Assembly: GCA_050230475.1 (NCBI GenBank)
Contig: JBFLGF010000156.1
Span: 1 to 64,000 of the forward strand
DNA from: Ancylonema sp.
Taxonomy: Eukaryota
Reading direction: 5' to 3'
Length of the DNA: 64,000 bases
How positions within the stretch are numbered: the stretch's first letter is position 1; every line of letters starts with the position of its first letter. The notes below the pieces were generated by a model. It was not told the DNA's origin and made no database searches. It worked only from the letters and a program-made list of their open reading frames with translations. Position numbers and translations under genes: made by a program. Shown here piece by piece: positions 12,900 through 29,668 of the stretch.

Positions 12900-14050
12900 T
12901 CAATTCCTATTAGAATATCTCCCAACATCGTGGCTAGCATCACGTTTGCCACACCAAATCTTTTTTATCGTCTTTCGATGATCTACAATCAAATTCTCGG
13001 ATTCCGCTCTTTTGTTCTCCTCTGTCACCTTGTCACATACGCGCTGCATGGTCTTCCAGATCGCTGACAATAATCTCGTGCGAGGCATAATGCCCTAATG
13101 CTCACCGCGCGCAAGGGCAATGTGCTGCGCATGAAGGGTATCCTCAAGATTGAACCAAAACTCGTCGAGTAGAGGCGCACCGCTTACTGTGTGCGCCAAC
13201 AGGAAAGGGGAATAAGACGAATTTTGTGGATGAAAAAGAAAAATATAATATATGCATATATCACGAAATATACGCATACATACACATACATTTTACTATG
13301 AATACATTCCGACTCAATGATATACAGTAGTCATACACATAAAAACATCTTGTTTCTTGTGATAAGCGATGCATTGTGAAGGTGATCTTGACTCACTTTC
13401 CAAACGGTGCAATTTGGCTCCGTTTGCGAACTTGAGTGCGACCATTTCCCAGCAACCTGTGATCTCAATGTCCACCAACTTTGGGCATGTGAGCGTGCAA
13501 TTCTCTACCGTGTGAGCATCTCCCAAGTAGAGTTTTTCCAAGGAGGGCAACTCGAGACGAAAACTTCGAATGATGTCGACTTCGCTATCATCATTGTCCT
13601 CATCCTCATAAGGCCGGTAGTACATTTTCAGAGAAACGAGATGTGGGCAGGCGTCTAACACCCACTCTTGATCATCGTCACTCTGTTTCATGACCTCAGG
13701 TACCTAAAAAGAAACGATTGAGAAGGGTGTGCGTGAGAAAAGTATACAGGATTGCATACCTCAAAATTCCAAGAAAAACCCGAAAGCCAAAATCCAACTA
13801 GGTGACTCTTCAACATTCGTTATAAAGACACGCACTCACATTGTGTAGAGTCAAGTCCAAACATCGCAATTGTGAAAACCATGATGCCGACATGGATCTC
13901 TCTGCGCAGATGTGAAAACGGAGTGACACTAGGGAGGGGCACGCAATCTTCAGCCCACACATCCCTGCACACCAATCGTGAGGATATGTTCTCTTGTCTT
14001 CGTCCAACTCGAGAGTTTGTAATGCCGGAATGTCGAAAGTCGGTACGATT
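12900..14050 (-). CDS. LRR-like protein (F-box/LRR-type repeats), 5' end unresolved, possibly a pseudogene
   Basis: Approximate exons 14050-13840, 13702-13397, 13186-13106 and 13064-12900 chain in phase. Repeated motifs IPALQTLEL, ACPSLVSLRF, ACPHLVSLKM, LPSLEKLYL and TCPKLVDIEI. Upstream frames contain stops. Confidence 0.5.
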
Positions 14051-14794
14051 AGTGTTCACTTGAAGTAGCTTGTCCGTAGTGTGCCGTCTAGTCTAGTCAT
14101 ATTGTACGAATTGAGTCAAATCTATTATCATGTGCATGTACACGTTTACAAGCTCGGTCAACCCAAGTTGGTCTTGCTCACCAAGACCTACATGTATCAT
14201 ACGTGGTACGTTGGTCGCTACTTGCAATGGAGTGGGCTCTATAGATTTACGCATCTTGTCTTGTATCACAACGCGTCGCTTGTGGTTATTCTATATTATT
14301 GGAATACGTGGCATACATGTTGTGTACTTGGTGGGATGGCTGTTCCGCCGGACTTCAATCTGACCTTACTCCGAATATTATGTAGTGAGCAGCTATCTTG
14401 CATTCCACATCGGAACCTATCCTCAAGGGCATTATCACACTCAATTGTACTAGATTCCTCAAATCTATGATCATGAGCATTTACATAAGGTTGTCACACG
14501 GCCCTCTCGCCGTACGTGTGGCCGTGTGTATTGTTAACCGGCGCTAGCTCACGCCATGCCCACAATGCATTCTAGTACGTCATGTATGAATCTTGTGTCG
14601 TCATCATTTTACTCCGAGTGTGTGGAATTGGTGACATTGGGCCTTCATCATCATGCATACTTTTGTTTGGTGTGTTGATATTTTCTCACACATTTTTTAA
14701 ATTTTGAATCACGTGATGGACATACTGGATAGACATCCATGGATTGGACAAAACAATTGAACATCTCCCCAAAAACTCCTTGTTTCTGTCTGTC

Positions 14795-17700
14795 TCAATC
14801 TCCTCTCTTCCGTTTGTCTGTGGAGCCGAGAGCTTCTATCCACTTGTCCAGAATTCTCTTCTGTGTGCTTCGGTACTTTAAGGCTGCTATCATCCACATC
14901 AACCTTCTCCTCTCCTCCTCCAAAACCATCTCGTCATCTCCTCCATCTCCTTCCCCGTCGCTCCCTTGCCCCCTTTGTTGCCTCCTCAACACCTCCTCGA
15001 TGGCTGACACCTGTTCCTCATCGCTCTCTGCTGTCCCCCCCGGCTGCTCCTCTCTTCGCCCCTCCAACAACTGCCGCAGACCATCGCTGGCCACCGACAT
15101 TCTGCCCGAAAAATGGCAGAAGTAGATGCTGATCAGGATGGACAGGAATCACACGTCACTCACCCCGAAAAAAATAATTCACTCAAACTTGGATCTAAAA
15201 TCTCGCTACCATCGGAAGGGTACGACTCGTGGAGCCCGTTTAGGATCCCTCAACTGACCCCCCTTTCCCCCCCGCCGCCCTTTCCAATACCCAACAAATA
15301 CATTCGTTACATGTACAACAAAATTGGAAATACTGTCGTATCGTGTAATGGTTGAGGACTCGAGCATCGACAGATGTGATGTGGAGAGGTGCCAAAGAAG
15401 AGAACCACAGAACGACTGCTGTCAACAGGCCGATCATTCATCCCCCTCCCTCTCCCTCAAAACCTCGCCCCACTACTCGCCTCGTACGAATCACGTTTCC
15501 CAAAAACTGCTCCCTAGCTGCAGCAACTGCTTCCCGTGCCTTCCTCGAACCATCCTCCACTGCCTCCCTGTGGCTCGCTGGTTTCTGGTTCCCCAATAGG
15601 AGAGCCTCGTGATCCGCCTCCTCCTCCCTCCCACACGCGTCAGCACCCGCCGAGCACCTCTGCGCCCCCCCACCATCACTCCACGCACAGTTCCACACCA
15701 GAGACTGCAGTGGAATTCCCAACCCATCAAGCGTTCGCCAGAAAATCTTAACCCCGACAAACACACAAAGTTTGGGTTTCAGAATCAATTTTGTCTTCTT
15801 CTGAGGGAGGGCCAACCAGGAGCGAGCGGGCGCCTGTGCTCTCCATCTCCTCCTCCTCCCTGATGCTACAGATTGCGACAGCTGTCAACACACGACTGGG
15901 TCGCACCATCTTCCGCAGAAAATGTGAGCTGCCCACTCCCGAACCCGTCAGCAACGCTGCCTTCTCCTCTGCACCCCATCCCCCCCCACCCATCCCACCC
16001 ATCCCCGCCCCACCCTTTCAACAATTTCTTCACCCCTAAGTGCTGCCAGGGCCGCTTTCCCCACCTTCGAATGGGTCTCCCGGCGAGGGTCCAAACGCCA
16101 CCTCCACTGGATCTCCACACCTGCCCTCCATCCCAGCCCGCGGCCCAGCCTGGTACCCCCAACCATCTCCTCCGGTCACTCCTTCAACCCTTGTCCACTA
16201 ACTCGGGTTAAAACCCAAGGAGCGGTGAGAGGCACTCGCCTCCAGGAACAGCTCCCGACTGTCTGCATCGCCCAGCGGCTCCCTCAGCTCGCACCCGGAG
16301 GGGATGGAGCAGAGGGAGCGGAGGATGAGGTGGCCCTTGTCGGCCCCCCACTGTGCCTCCACGGCCGCTCCCAGCATGACACGTGGCAGCTGAGAGAGGA
16401 GGGGTGCCAGCACCACCTCCCCCCCAACGCTCACAGCGTGCCTCTCGACTGCAGCGGACGCCCAACAGAAGGTCTTCCACAGCCCGGGGGGGAGCATCTG
16501 GGGGGGGGGGGGGGGGGGGTAATTCGGATGCAGGTAGCTCGAGTCTGCTGCTGGTTGTGCCATCATCTGGATGAGTCTTTACCAGAGTGGACTCTGCCCT
16601 CCCAAACAGCGTCTCCAGGGGCTGTCTTAGCGCAGCATACTGATAGGAAGAAACAAGAAACAGGGATATGGTTGGGTACAATGTGATTGGTTGTTGAGGG
16701 GGCGAGCATTCACCTCCTCCATGCGCTCTTCCTGTTGCTGTCGACAGGCCTCCCCCAAGAGGGTGCCTTCGAGGAGCTCTAGCACTTCTTCCCCCCACCC
16801 CCCCCCCCCCTGGCCGACACAGAAACTGTCAGAGAAGGAAGGGCTGCAATCATGATTCAAGCTCACACCCAGACGGTGAGCACTTGATGCTTCCGAATAA
16901 GGGTGCATCGACTTGAATTGAAGTTGAACTGAAGACGATGTCGTTTACCAATGAGATGGAAGCGATCGCATGGTCTGCTGGGCATCAGGTCGTTTCTCAC
17001 TGTTGCTTCCACCTGGATCGCCAGGGTGGCCACCACAGGCTGCCAGCTGTCCACCGTGTGGTGTAAGCGTTCGAACATGAGGAGCAGCGTGAGGAGAAGG
17101 TGCTCTGGCGCGTCAGGCACCTGACAGGTGTCAGCACCACACACGAGATGACGCCCGCTGGACAGTACTAAGCAGACGAGAACGTGCCAAACGTTTCGGG
17201 AAACACTCTGTTCGTCTCCCCCTCAGACGCCACATCAGCAACCGGATACCCTGACAAGTGGTCGACACCCAAAAAACTATCCCAAAGAAGAAGGAAAGGA
17301 AAAAAAAGGAAGAGGAAAGGAAACCGATGTTATAATCCCCCCCACCCCCCCACCGCTCCTCACCTCCATCACAATCGGATGCCTCCGCGCCACTGCCCCC
17401 TGCCACCTCATCACTTGGCAGACCGGGACACGTGCCACCTCATCACCTGACCCCTCCACCCGCGCACCGCATCATGTCGCCATTCCTCATCCCCCACCCC
17501 CCACCCCCATGCTGCCACTCCCATCCCACCTTTCCCTATGGGCCCCACGGCCACCAGAGCCCCACCTGCATCCCCAGCCCCCCCCACCCAACGGGATGAA
17601 TTCAGAGGAGACTGGCCTCCGATGACGGGAAAAAATAAGAATGGGATGGGAAGAGAATGGGGGCGCTCACCTCCCTCCCTCTCCACCCACACCACCTTCC

Positions 17701-20700
17701 CCTTGACTCCTGCAGCCCCTCAGACTCACACCCCCACTGTCACAGACTGCTTCTTCCCACTCTCTGGGCGATTGCTTCACATGCCTGAAGGTTGCTGCTC
17801 ATTGGTGGGTGGGGGTCGAAGGAGTTGGGTGGCAGAGGCTGCGATGGCGTCCACTGCGGCCCACCCGACTTCCTGCCAGCCGACAGAAGTGAAAAAAGCT
17901 TCAGAGTGCCGAATACACAAACCCTTTTGTGTATTCGAACACTTCTGCTTGTGCCAGCCCCCCCCACCTTCTGCCCCAACCGATACAGGGCGCAGGTGCG
18001 GGCGACCTCCCACCGACCCTCTCTTGCCTCCCCCCTCTCTCTCTCCAAGTCTGCCCCGCCGCCCATGCCTGATAGCGTGCGCAGCAGGAGGGAGCGCAGG
18101 ACTGAGAGAACGCGCCACTCCAGAGACACGTTCTGTGGAAGGAAAGAGGGAATGAGAGAAAGTGAGAAAGTGAGAGTGAGAGAGAGAGAGAGAACACAAA
18201 CTGTCTCACTCTCCTGTCTCTCAGACAAAACTATTGCCCCCCCCCGAATGCTTCGCACCTTTCCCTCCACCTGCATTTCGTACGCGTCCCGTTCAGAGGC
18301 CAGACACAAGCGGGCTGCTTGCATCAGCTCTTTCGGAAGGGGATCTCTCAAAGAGAGGCCGTGGCGCAGACTCAGCCCTCGCTGCGTCAGAAGCCTCTTG
18401 CGAACGGACGCTTCATCCTCCTCCTCCTCCTCTTCTTCCCCCTCCTCCTCCTCCTTCTCCCGTACCCCAGCCCCTGCTGCATTTCCTAGCCCCAGCTGCA
18501 GCTGGAGCCGCTCCGCCGGGTTGGCAGGAAGACAGAATCCGTACCCCATCAGCAGCTCCTCATTGGGCTGCAGGGACCCCCACTCAGATCGTGCCACCTC
18601 AGCACTCCGCGTGTCGCCACACGGGCGTGACACGTGTGGCAAGTGAGTGGTGAGATGGCAGCCCCACCTTGTGGCCGTAATTGTTCCAAATCGCTTCCCC
18701 CCCGGGCCCACCCCCCCCTCGGCTACAAACAGCACCATCCCTGCGCTCTCATCTGTCACCCAAGCCACCCTACACCCCCAGCCCCCATCCCCCCCCCTCC
18801 CCTGTCAGCAATTAGTCCTCCTCCTCCTCCTCCTCGTCCCCTGCCTCCCTTCCTTAGTGCTGACCTGGCAGACGGGCTGTGATCTGCCATGTCAATCAAA
18901 GGCACCAGACAGGTGGCGTGTCTTCCCCCGAGGAGGAGGGTGAAGGCACGCGAGGCGACGACGGTGTGGGCCCACAAGAGGGCGGCCGGCGTGAGAGAGG
19001 ACTGCAGCAATGGCAGCACTGAAAGGTCCCCCCATCCCCCCACAGGCCCAGATCGGGTACGCAGATGACCTTCTTCGAGGGGATGAATGCATAGTTTCAG
19101 TCTGCTTCAGTGCTTGTAGGGAGCGCGTGACTGCGGACTGACTGACTGACCTGCAGACTGGGTGTGGAGGGGGCAGTGCTGGCGGACAGCTGCCTCCACA
19201 CCGTTCTGGAGTTGAAGCTTCGCCAGTGAGGCCTGAGCAGAAGAGAGGGAGTTGCCCACTCGCGTGCCGCGGAGGAGTGCCACCTCAGCATTGCTGACAA
19301 GGATGGGAGAAGGGGAGGAGGCAAGGGGGTGGGGGCCGGCTTCAGAGGTTGGCAATGATTGTTGATGGATCCCTGCAACCAGCCACAGTGCCATACTGCC
19401 ATAGCGCCCTGGTGGCTTCTGCCGATGGAAGTTCTGGTCTGCGGTCAGGTGGCAAAATGCGAACCTATTTATTTTCAAGTTTGTACGACACATGACCGAA
19501 ACGCTGTTGCCAGAAGATGACAATGAGATCGGCGAAAACCGGCAATGTTTGGTCTCTGCATGGGGGCTGTCGGAGTAACAGAAGCGATTCCGATCGAATA
19601 GAGATGTTGAACCAGAAGGCAGCGCTGGTATAGAGAAGCGAGCGACGGGATCATCCAGATCGAAATGCATTGTTTTGCATGATACAGAAAGGGTGACCCA
19701 GCTCTTATAGCCACATAATCGGATCAGGCCACTTTCATTAAAAATGGAATAACATTCAAAGGTGGTGAAGCAAGTTGAGAGGGTCGTCAGGTAAGGAAAG
19801 GGAGGGAGGGATGGGGGGTGTTCCTACGAGAACCAGAGAGGGGTGGTGAAGGAGGAGGGGAGGGAGTCGAGATAGGGCATCCAAAACGACTCTGGCCCCT
19901 TCGCCCTTTCATAGGATACATAGAGGCTCAATCTGTCACCCCACCGCCATCCATCCCGAGATGTGGGAGTCAATCGAGACCCTTGGATGGATTGCACACG
20001 AAAATGCGCCCCCTGACTCGCACGGAATTGTTGTAGTCGGACGTTCTTGAAAGAGGGTGAAATTTTGGAATGAAGTGTATATGAGTGGATATACAAAATG
20101 TCGGCGTGTACGATCGGTGCAAGAGGTGCGAACCGTAAAGGAGAATTGGGAATCCGGACGTATTGAGACTGTCACAGCCAGTAGGGGAATTCATTTAGGT
20201 CCTGGGAAGAGGGGGTCGCCATTTGATTCGGTGTATGCCGTACAGAAGTTGAGAGGCAAAGACGAAAATTTGGACGTGGCAAACGTCCTTCGTGACGGAG
20301 AGAGCCAGTTCATCATGACTCATTTGAAGTGGCGGTCAATGAGTGGTGCCTCCATCGCATCATTAAATAATTATTGGACTTTGGTACAATGCCAGAAGCG
20401 TGCGCCGAAAAATTAGGGGAGGAGGTGTTGCAACTGACATAGTGATGTCTGGAACGCCTTGGTTTTTCAGTGCTTTGAACGCAGGGCCAATCGAGGGATC
20501 CTGACAAGCAGACTCAGCGTGAATCTGAAAGGGGGGCGACAAAACAAATCATTTATTTTTCTTCTTCTTCCTTGAATCCATATCTTTGGGTGAAATCAGG
20601 CATACATGAGACAGAAGGGGCTAGGTGAACGGTGTGGTGTGGGATGGGCCAGGGGCGTTACCAGTAGACATATTGGAAGGGAAATTAACGTCGTGCCTGG

Positions 20701-20811
20701 TGGCACATCCGCAGCTGCGAACATGGAACGTTTCTGCCACTGTATGGCGTGTAGCTTCCCGCCATGCCCAGTGGCCCATGCGAGAAGGGCATCCATAGTG
20801 GCAATCGGCAT
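14795..20811 (-). CDS. Rubisco-LSMT/SETD3-like SET-domain lysine methyltransferase gene with two tandem SET + substrate-binding modules
   Basis: Module 1 exons: MDALLAWATGHGG, LSLYVSYERAKGPESFWMPYLDSLP, LLWAHTVVASRAF..LVPLIDMADHS, GEAIWNNYGHK|PNEELLMGYGF, KRLLTQRGL..LPKELMQAARLC and ALYRLGQK. Module 2 exons: LLLTLLLMFERL..SWQP, FCWASAAVERHA..VLAPLL, EKAALLTGSG..RVLTAVAIC and ALKYRSTQKRIL, stop at 14795. Some exon edges are uncertain because of homopolymer runs. Confidence 0.78.
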
Positions 20812-21201
20812 GGATACCAGTCAAGCAGCAACTTGTAGGATCAGCTGGATTGTAGCAGTTGGCGCCAAACTTTCATAATGACCGAAGCTGTGGCGCCGTT
20901 CCATGAAATTCGAGTTCACAAAGGCAGCGGCGCAACGGGGTAACTTAACGCGAGGTTCTGAACGCGCCGCATTTTCAACATTGCGCCATTTTTTGGCGCG
21001 AATCGAGACGTTGCAATCGGCTGATTCTGCTTATATTTTCAGAGTGGTGGTATCTGTGCTTGGTGTAGATCATCATGCGGACTTGCGTAACTGATGAACC
21101 AATTTTTACACGACTCTGGGTGGAGAATGTGATAGAATCTGGGTGTCAAATTTTGTCGTTGTTCCATGCCTTGGGGGGGGGATTCAAGACAATATACCTA
21201 C

Positions 21202-22745
21202 ATGGACTCAAATAACGATGATTTCTTCGGCGAACAGTCACAGGAACCAGCTTCAAGTGTACCTGCGGAATTAGAACAAGAATGGCGGGCAAGGGAGACA
21301 AGGCACCGCACGGTACCACCCCACCAAAATAGCCGAAAACGGCAGGAATGGATGACATGAATTCTATATAAATATGCTTTGTGATTTACTGCAGCTGCAA
21401 AAATAAGGACCGCTGTCATAGCGTGTGCTGTTTAGTGTGTATGTCGAGCCGGAATCCTGGTGACTGAATCTATCAGCCTTGCGGAATCGCAGCATGGCTA
21501 CCGAGAAGGACTGACGGCCGGCAAGAATGCTGCCGTTCAATCTGGCTTTGAGCAAGGAGTGCGGGACACGGTAGCAACCAGCTTTCGATGGGGACAGGCT
21601 CGGGGAGTTGCAAGGTACCTGTATCTGTAACGATGTGTGGTCATGGTCACCCGTAATCCTCTGAAACAGAGTCCATATATAATGATCAAGTGGAGACTAT
21701 CCTCATTAAAAAATTACAAGAAAGAGGAGCCAAGCGGCTGCATGTAGAGTCCAATTTGTTCTCAATGGGCTGCAGCTATCTGGAGTGGGGTATGGGCGCA
21801 CACGTAGAGGAGTATCTCCATGTGTGTCTAATCATCTCATGTGCGTTGTCTTTATATTCACTCCATCCTCTCTTCTTCTTTGCTCTTACCAAGAAGTCAA
21901 AGATAATATTAATAATCATGATCAAGCCTTGCCCACCACATGTTTATCGATGCATGCTACTGTCACAATGATTGCTCCAAGCAGTGCTTTCTAATAGAGC
22001 CTTCTGATTTCCCAGCAGCGCCTTTTCGGCTCTTCCCACTCCCCTCCAACACAAACTGATCCCGCATCCCAACATCTGCAAACTTATCCAACAAACCGAT
22101 TCCTTGTTCCAACCGCTCTCCACTCTAGATGCGGCCCGAGCTCATGCCGCATCCGTCTCCTCCCAGAGCTCCACCAATGCTCTTCACGGGCCAGCTGAGG
22201 CTGGGGCTTCACGCAGTCCAGCCTCTCTTCCTGCGGAGGATCCGATTCTCATCGAGGGTGCAGACTTCCCCTTGGGGCCACCTGCTACTTCCCGCGTAGA
22301 CGCTATACATCAAAACATTCTTTCTGGTTCGGGAGGGAGTGTTTCGGACCACTCTTCTTCGTCTCTACTTGCCACAGAATGGAGAGTGGGGGTGGCAGAA
22401 GGAATCATATCCCTTGCAGCTGCTGAAGGACATATGGATCAGCAGATAAGGAAGTCAGAAAGCGGTGTTGATCATGCCGCTGCCGGTCTTCCAGGAAGAG
22501 GCGAGAGTGAGCAATGTGCAAGCCAGGGGGGGGTGATAGATGTGGGGCAGAAGTGCGGGGAAGAGGAGGGAAGGGGTGTGGGAGAAGCTTTGTTGACAGG
22601 GGATGATCTGCTGGATGAGAGAAACGCTAGGCAAGTACTTCTCAGGATCGAGCACCTGCAGAGTGATTTGTGGAGGGGCGTCTCTCATTATGGCGTCGAA
22701 TTGAGAGTTAAGCCAGGTGGAGAACAACATGATCGAAGCCATTAA
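21202..22745 (+). CDS. YAE1-like protein (Yae1_N domain), 3 exons
   Basis: Exons 21202-21312, 21493-21614 and 22019-22745 splice in frame. LEQEWRARETRHRT|HGYREGLTAGKNAAVQSGFEQG is the Yae1_N GxxxG signature. Confidence 0.82.
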
Positions 22746-25700
22746 CAATTATTGGTAACGCTTCAAAAGCAGCGTAGACACAGTGTTGCCTCGTGTGACG
22801 GAAGGCTGTAATGTCTCATAAGCTGATGATCTCTTGATTGTCATGACGTGTATGACATTTTTCTGTTCAAGCGTGTGTACCCTCTATGCAATATATTTCA
22901 ATATGTCGTTTTCTGTGCGGCGGTGAAGTACGGATAATTACCTTTGAATACTTTATGTGTGAGACTTGGCTCACACGCGACACAACTAGCAATATTTTGC
23001 AATATTTTGTGTATCAAACACTCTTGAGGTCATTGAAGCAACACAATTACAAATCATTTGGCTCTCTCTCTCAAGCCATTGAGTCCTGTTTGTCATTTCC
23101 ACGTCCTTTTTCAAAAGGCCTCGGCTCTTGCCGCCGCATACTCGCCACCTGCCGCTCACAGGACGGGGAGCCAGTTAGCTGGGAAAAAGGTTGTGGAATT
23201 AAGCGATGACCTCAGGTGCAACGCAGTCCTCAGCTGCACTGATGAGTCTTGCGGGGGATTTCCGTACAACGGAATAGCTGGCCTACGCCGCACTTGACAC
23301 GACCGAGTAGCCAACTTCCGTAATTTTTGACCAGGTTCGCGTGCGGTCTTTTAGTGCACCGCCAAGTGGCACCGTCTTGGCTTTCGGACATTCCGCTTGG
23401 TTTGGTGGAAAGTCTAATGGCAAGAGCGAGTGCTGCGCTATATCGTGAAACGAAACATACGCGACCAAGCGTATATGGTCCGACAGCCATCTCCCACACG
23501 ATAACGGAATTGGTACATAATGTGGGAGATGGCGGTTGCCATGAGGAGGAGAGTTGATTAACTCGGTTATTGTATTGCATGTGTGGAATGCGGATGTGAT
23601 GAGGATATTGTGTGTTGAGTTGTCGTTGTATCGGATAGTTCGCACGTGTGAGTGACACGTGGCGATTTGATTCGTAGCACCCATAGTGATGCACGCGTGA
23701 GAGGGACACGATGCTAGATAGCACGATAGGTGCAACCCGGATACGTGACACCTAGCCTGCTTGAACTCTCTCTATTATATCGCGTCGTGGGTTGAGGTCC
23801 TTTACGTTATTTGCCAATGAGTTTGATTTAGGCACGTGTCAATGCTACAACATGTTGCAACATCTCATGTTGCGTCATGTAAGAAAACGCTACGAGGAGG
23901 ATGAGCACTAGAACAATGAACGCTGTACGACTAACGTTTTTGAATGTACAAGAGGTAAGTGAGCAATATTTTTTAGTATGTTATCCTCAAACAATCAATT
24001 ATTTAATACGGTAATATTGTGAGGTTCGTAATTCATGATCAATCATATTCGTGACGACATCATTAACAATCTCACTAACAACACACTCTGCAAGTATAAA
24101 TTTAGCATAAACATCCGTTTCGGGCAAGCTAAACAAAGGACACACATGCTAAACACTATAAGGTGACATGTCGTGTAACGTGCGATACGATGTACGTGTT
24201 GTGGTCGCCGATGATTTGCAATTTCGCGGCTTCGTTTTGTAGTGCTGTGTGGAAGTAAGGCCTCTAGTAGTGAACACGACAAAGGGAGGAAAAAAAACTT
24301 TTTGAGTATAACATAGTGTATGCAAGCCGTAGTTGATAGTAATTGCACTTCCGTTAAAGTTTTTAGTTTGAAACCCGGTCCAGGCTCCTACGGATCTGAA
24401 CTGCACTTCGTGTGGCCAGTTTCTACATGGGGTAGACCTCCAACGAAAAACCTAGCAACATTTATTAAAAATATTTTTCTAGGGGTTTTTAAAATCGAAA
24501 ACCTTATGTAACTCTGGTTCTGGGGTCATAGTTCGAGACCCGAGATTGGATCCGGTTTGGAACTTCACCCGGTTCGGTTCCGTTCTTCTATGATGCAAGC
24601 ACGACCAGACGATCATACAACACAGTATTTGTGTTTTGTGCAATATTTGAATTCCTGATCTGTGTGTGATTGCATGGACGTGAGCCTTTGGTAACTTTGG
24701 GTAATGACGACGCAACTCGAAGCTGCGGACGTTGAAATTATAAAATTGGTTTATTACATCGGTTTTCACAAAGTAGAACGATCAACACTTTTTTTAGTCA
24801 TAAATGTTCTACATTCATATGAATGGACCTTTCCAAGGTGTGCTCACCGAAGAATCCGCTAATGCCCACTCATAACATACGATTTCTCGGATCTTCTTTC
24901 ATCCACTAAGGATAAATATGTTTAAATCTCTTTCACGACTTGAGGATCCTGTAAATTTTAGAAAATACATACCCTCACCCTTATAAGAAGATTGTAAATG
25001 AAACGACGGGAAAAGCATCTCATTTCAAGAACGTGCTTGGTGGGTGAAGTAAACAAATGAAAAATTGCATGAATCTCGTATCTTCTATGTCATGCAACGT
25101 TTGCACAAGTTTGTGATGACGCTGTTAGAAAGTGAAAGTCGTGGTCATCAAAAGTGGGATCCGGATATTAGCTCATATTGGTAGCATTCACAAATGTAAA
25201 TTGCGCTGCGCGAGTTGCAAACTGAAAAGCGCCTAGAAACAAAAAGTCGATTAATATCCCGATTTCGGCATTCAAATAATTTTAAATTTTGAATGCCACC
25301 ACGATGATTAGATATTCTATTTAAACTTATCAGATTGACAATTCCTGACATCATAGAGCAGGAGGAATCTTATTTTGGGGAGGTTGGAATTCACTACCGC
25401 ACCGTATGTATCGCTCGCCCAGAGGTAAATGATTCCCAAAAGGGTGGATCAGATCAATTGATAAATTGCTTTTTAGCTTGGATCAAACTAAAATAAATAC
25501 ATTACATCTAGATATTTTCGATTGCAAAACGATTTATGAATTATCCTGGAAGGTTAAAAAATAATAGCATTTTTTTCCGTCTGGATCTTTACGGTACGAT
25601 TTGGCGGTACGGTAGGCAAACGCTTGGAATTTGGCACTTGGCTCCTGTTCGGTCCTGACTATACCCGGTATGCCTGCCAAAGTGCCCCGCGCGCGTCGGT

Positions 25701-25800
25701 TAAGTGGTGAAGTTGACCGCACAGGTCGGTGTGTTGGTCGCTGCCATGCCACACGTCAACTGCAAACGCGTGCTTGTTTCGCCGACGTGCGCGATAGTGC

Positions 25801-25815
25801 TTTCGAGAACCTTCA
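25801..25815 (+). promoter_or_regulatory. Heat-shock element (nTTCnnGAAnnTTCn) upstream of HSP70
   Basis: tTTCgaGAAccTTCa lies about 260 bp upstream of the HSP70 ATG. A second two-unit TTCtaGAA is at 25933-25940. Confidence 0.75.
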
Positions 25816-26070
25816 AGCAGAAATTGACGTCTTCGATCAATCAGGCAGGAGATCTGCGGCGCAGGTCGGAAGGCGCGACGCACTCCTGGCTTCAAGGCAG
25901 ATCGATTGTGGGCTGCCACATATTCGCGGCGTTTCTAGAAGTACCAGAGCTGCTACACATTCGTGAGTCTGAACGATTTCCAGCAGTTTTACGCCTGACA
26001 TCTTTGATTGAGGAGCTGAACGCCTGCTCAACTATTACGTGCTAACCGTCTTTGCATAGAGAAGTTCAAT

Positions 26071-29668
<3,598 letters not shown>

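Noticed and set aside
18690..18730. Apparent frameshift in the SET gene between VLFVAEGGV and GEAIWNNYG
   Set aside because: It falls in poly-C runs, so a homopolymer error is more likely than pseudogenisation.
15300..19100. Many long overlapping ORFs on both strands
   Set aside because: GC-rich shadow frames of the SET gene exons and introns.
19400..20440. Compositionally distinct intron segments in the SET gene (possible insertions)
   Set aside because: No TIR, TSD or recognisable protein could be identified by eye.
24470..24600. TAGGGG start and ccggttcggttcc motifs resembling hAT-MITE subterminal repeats
   Set aside because: No matching second TIR located.
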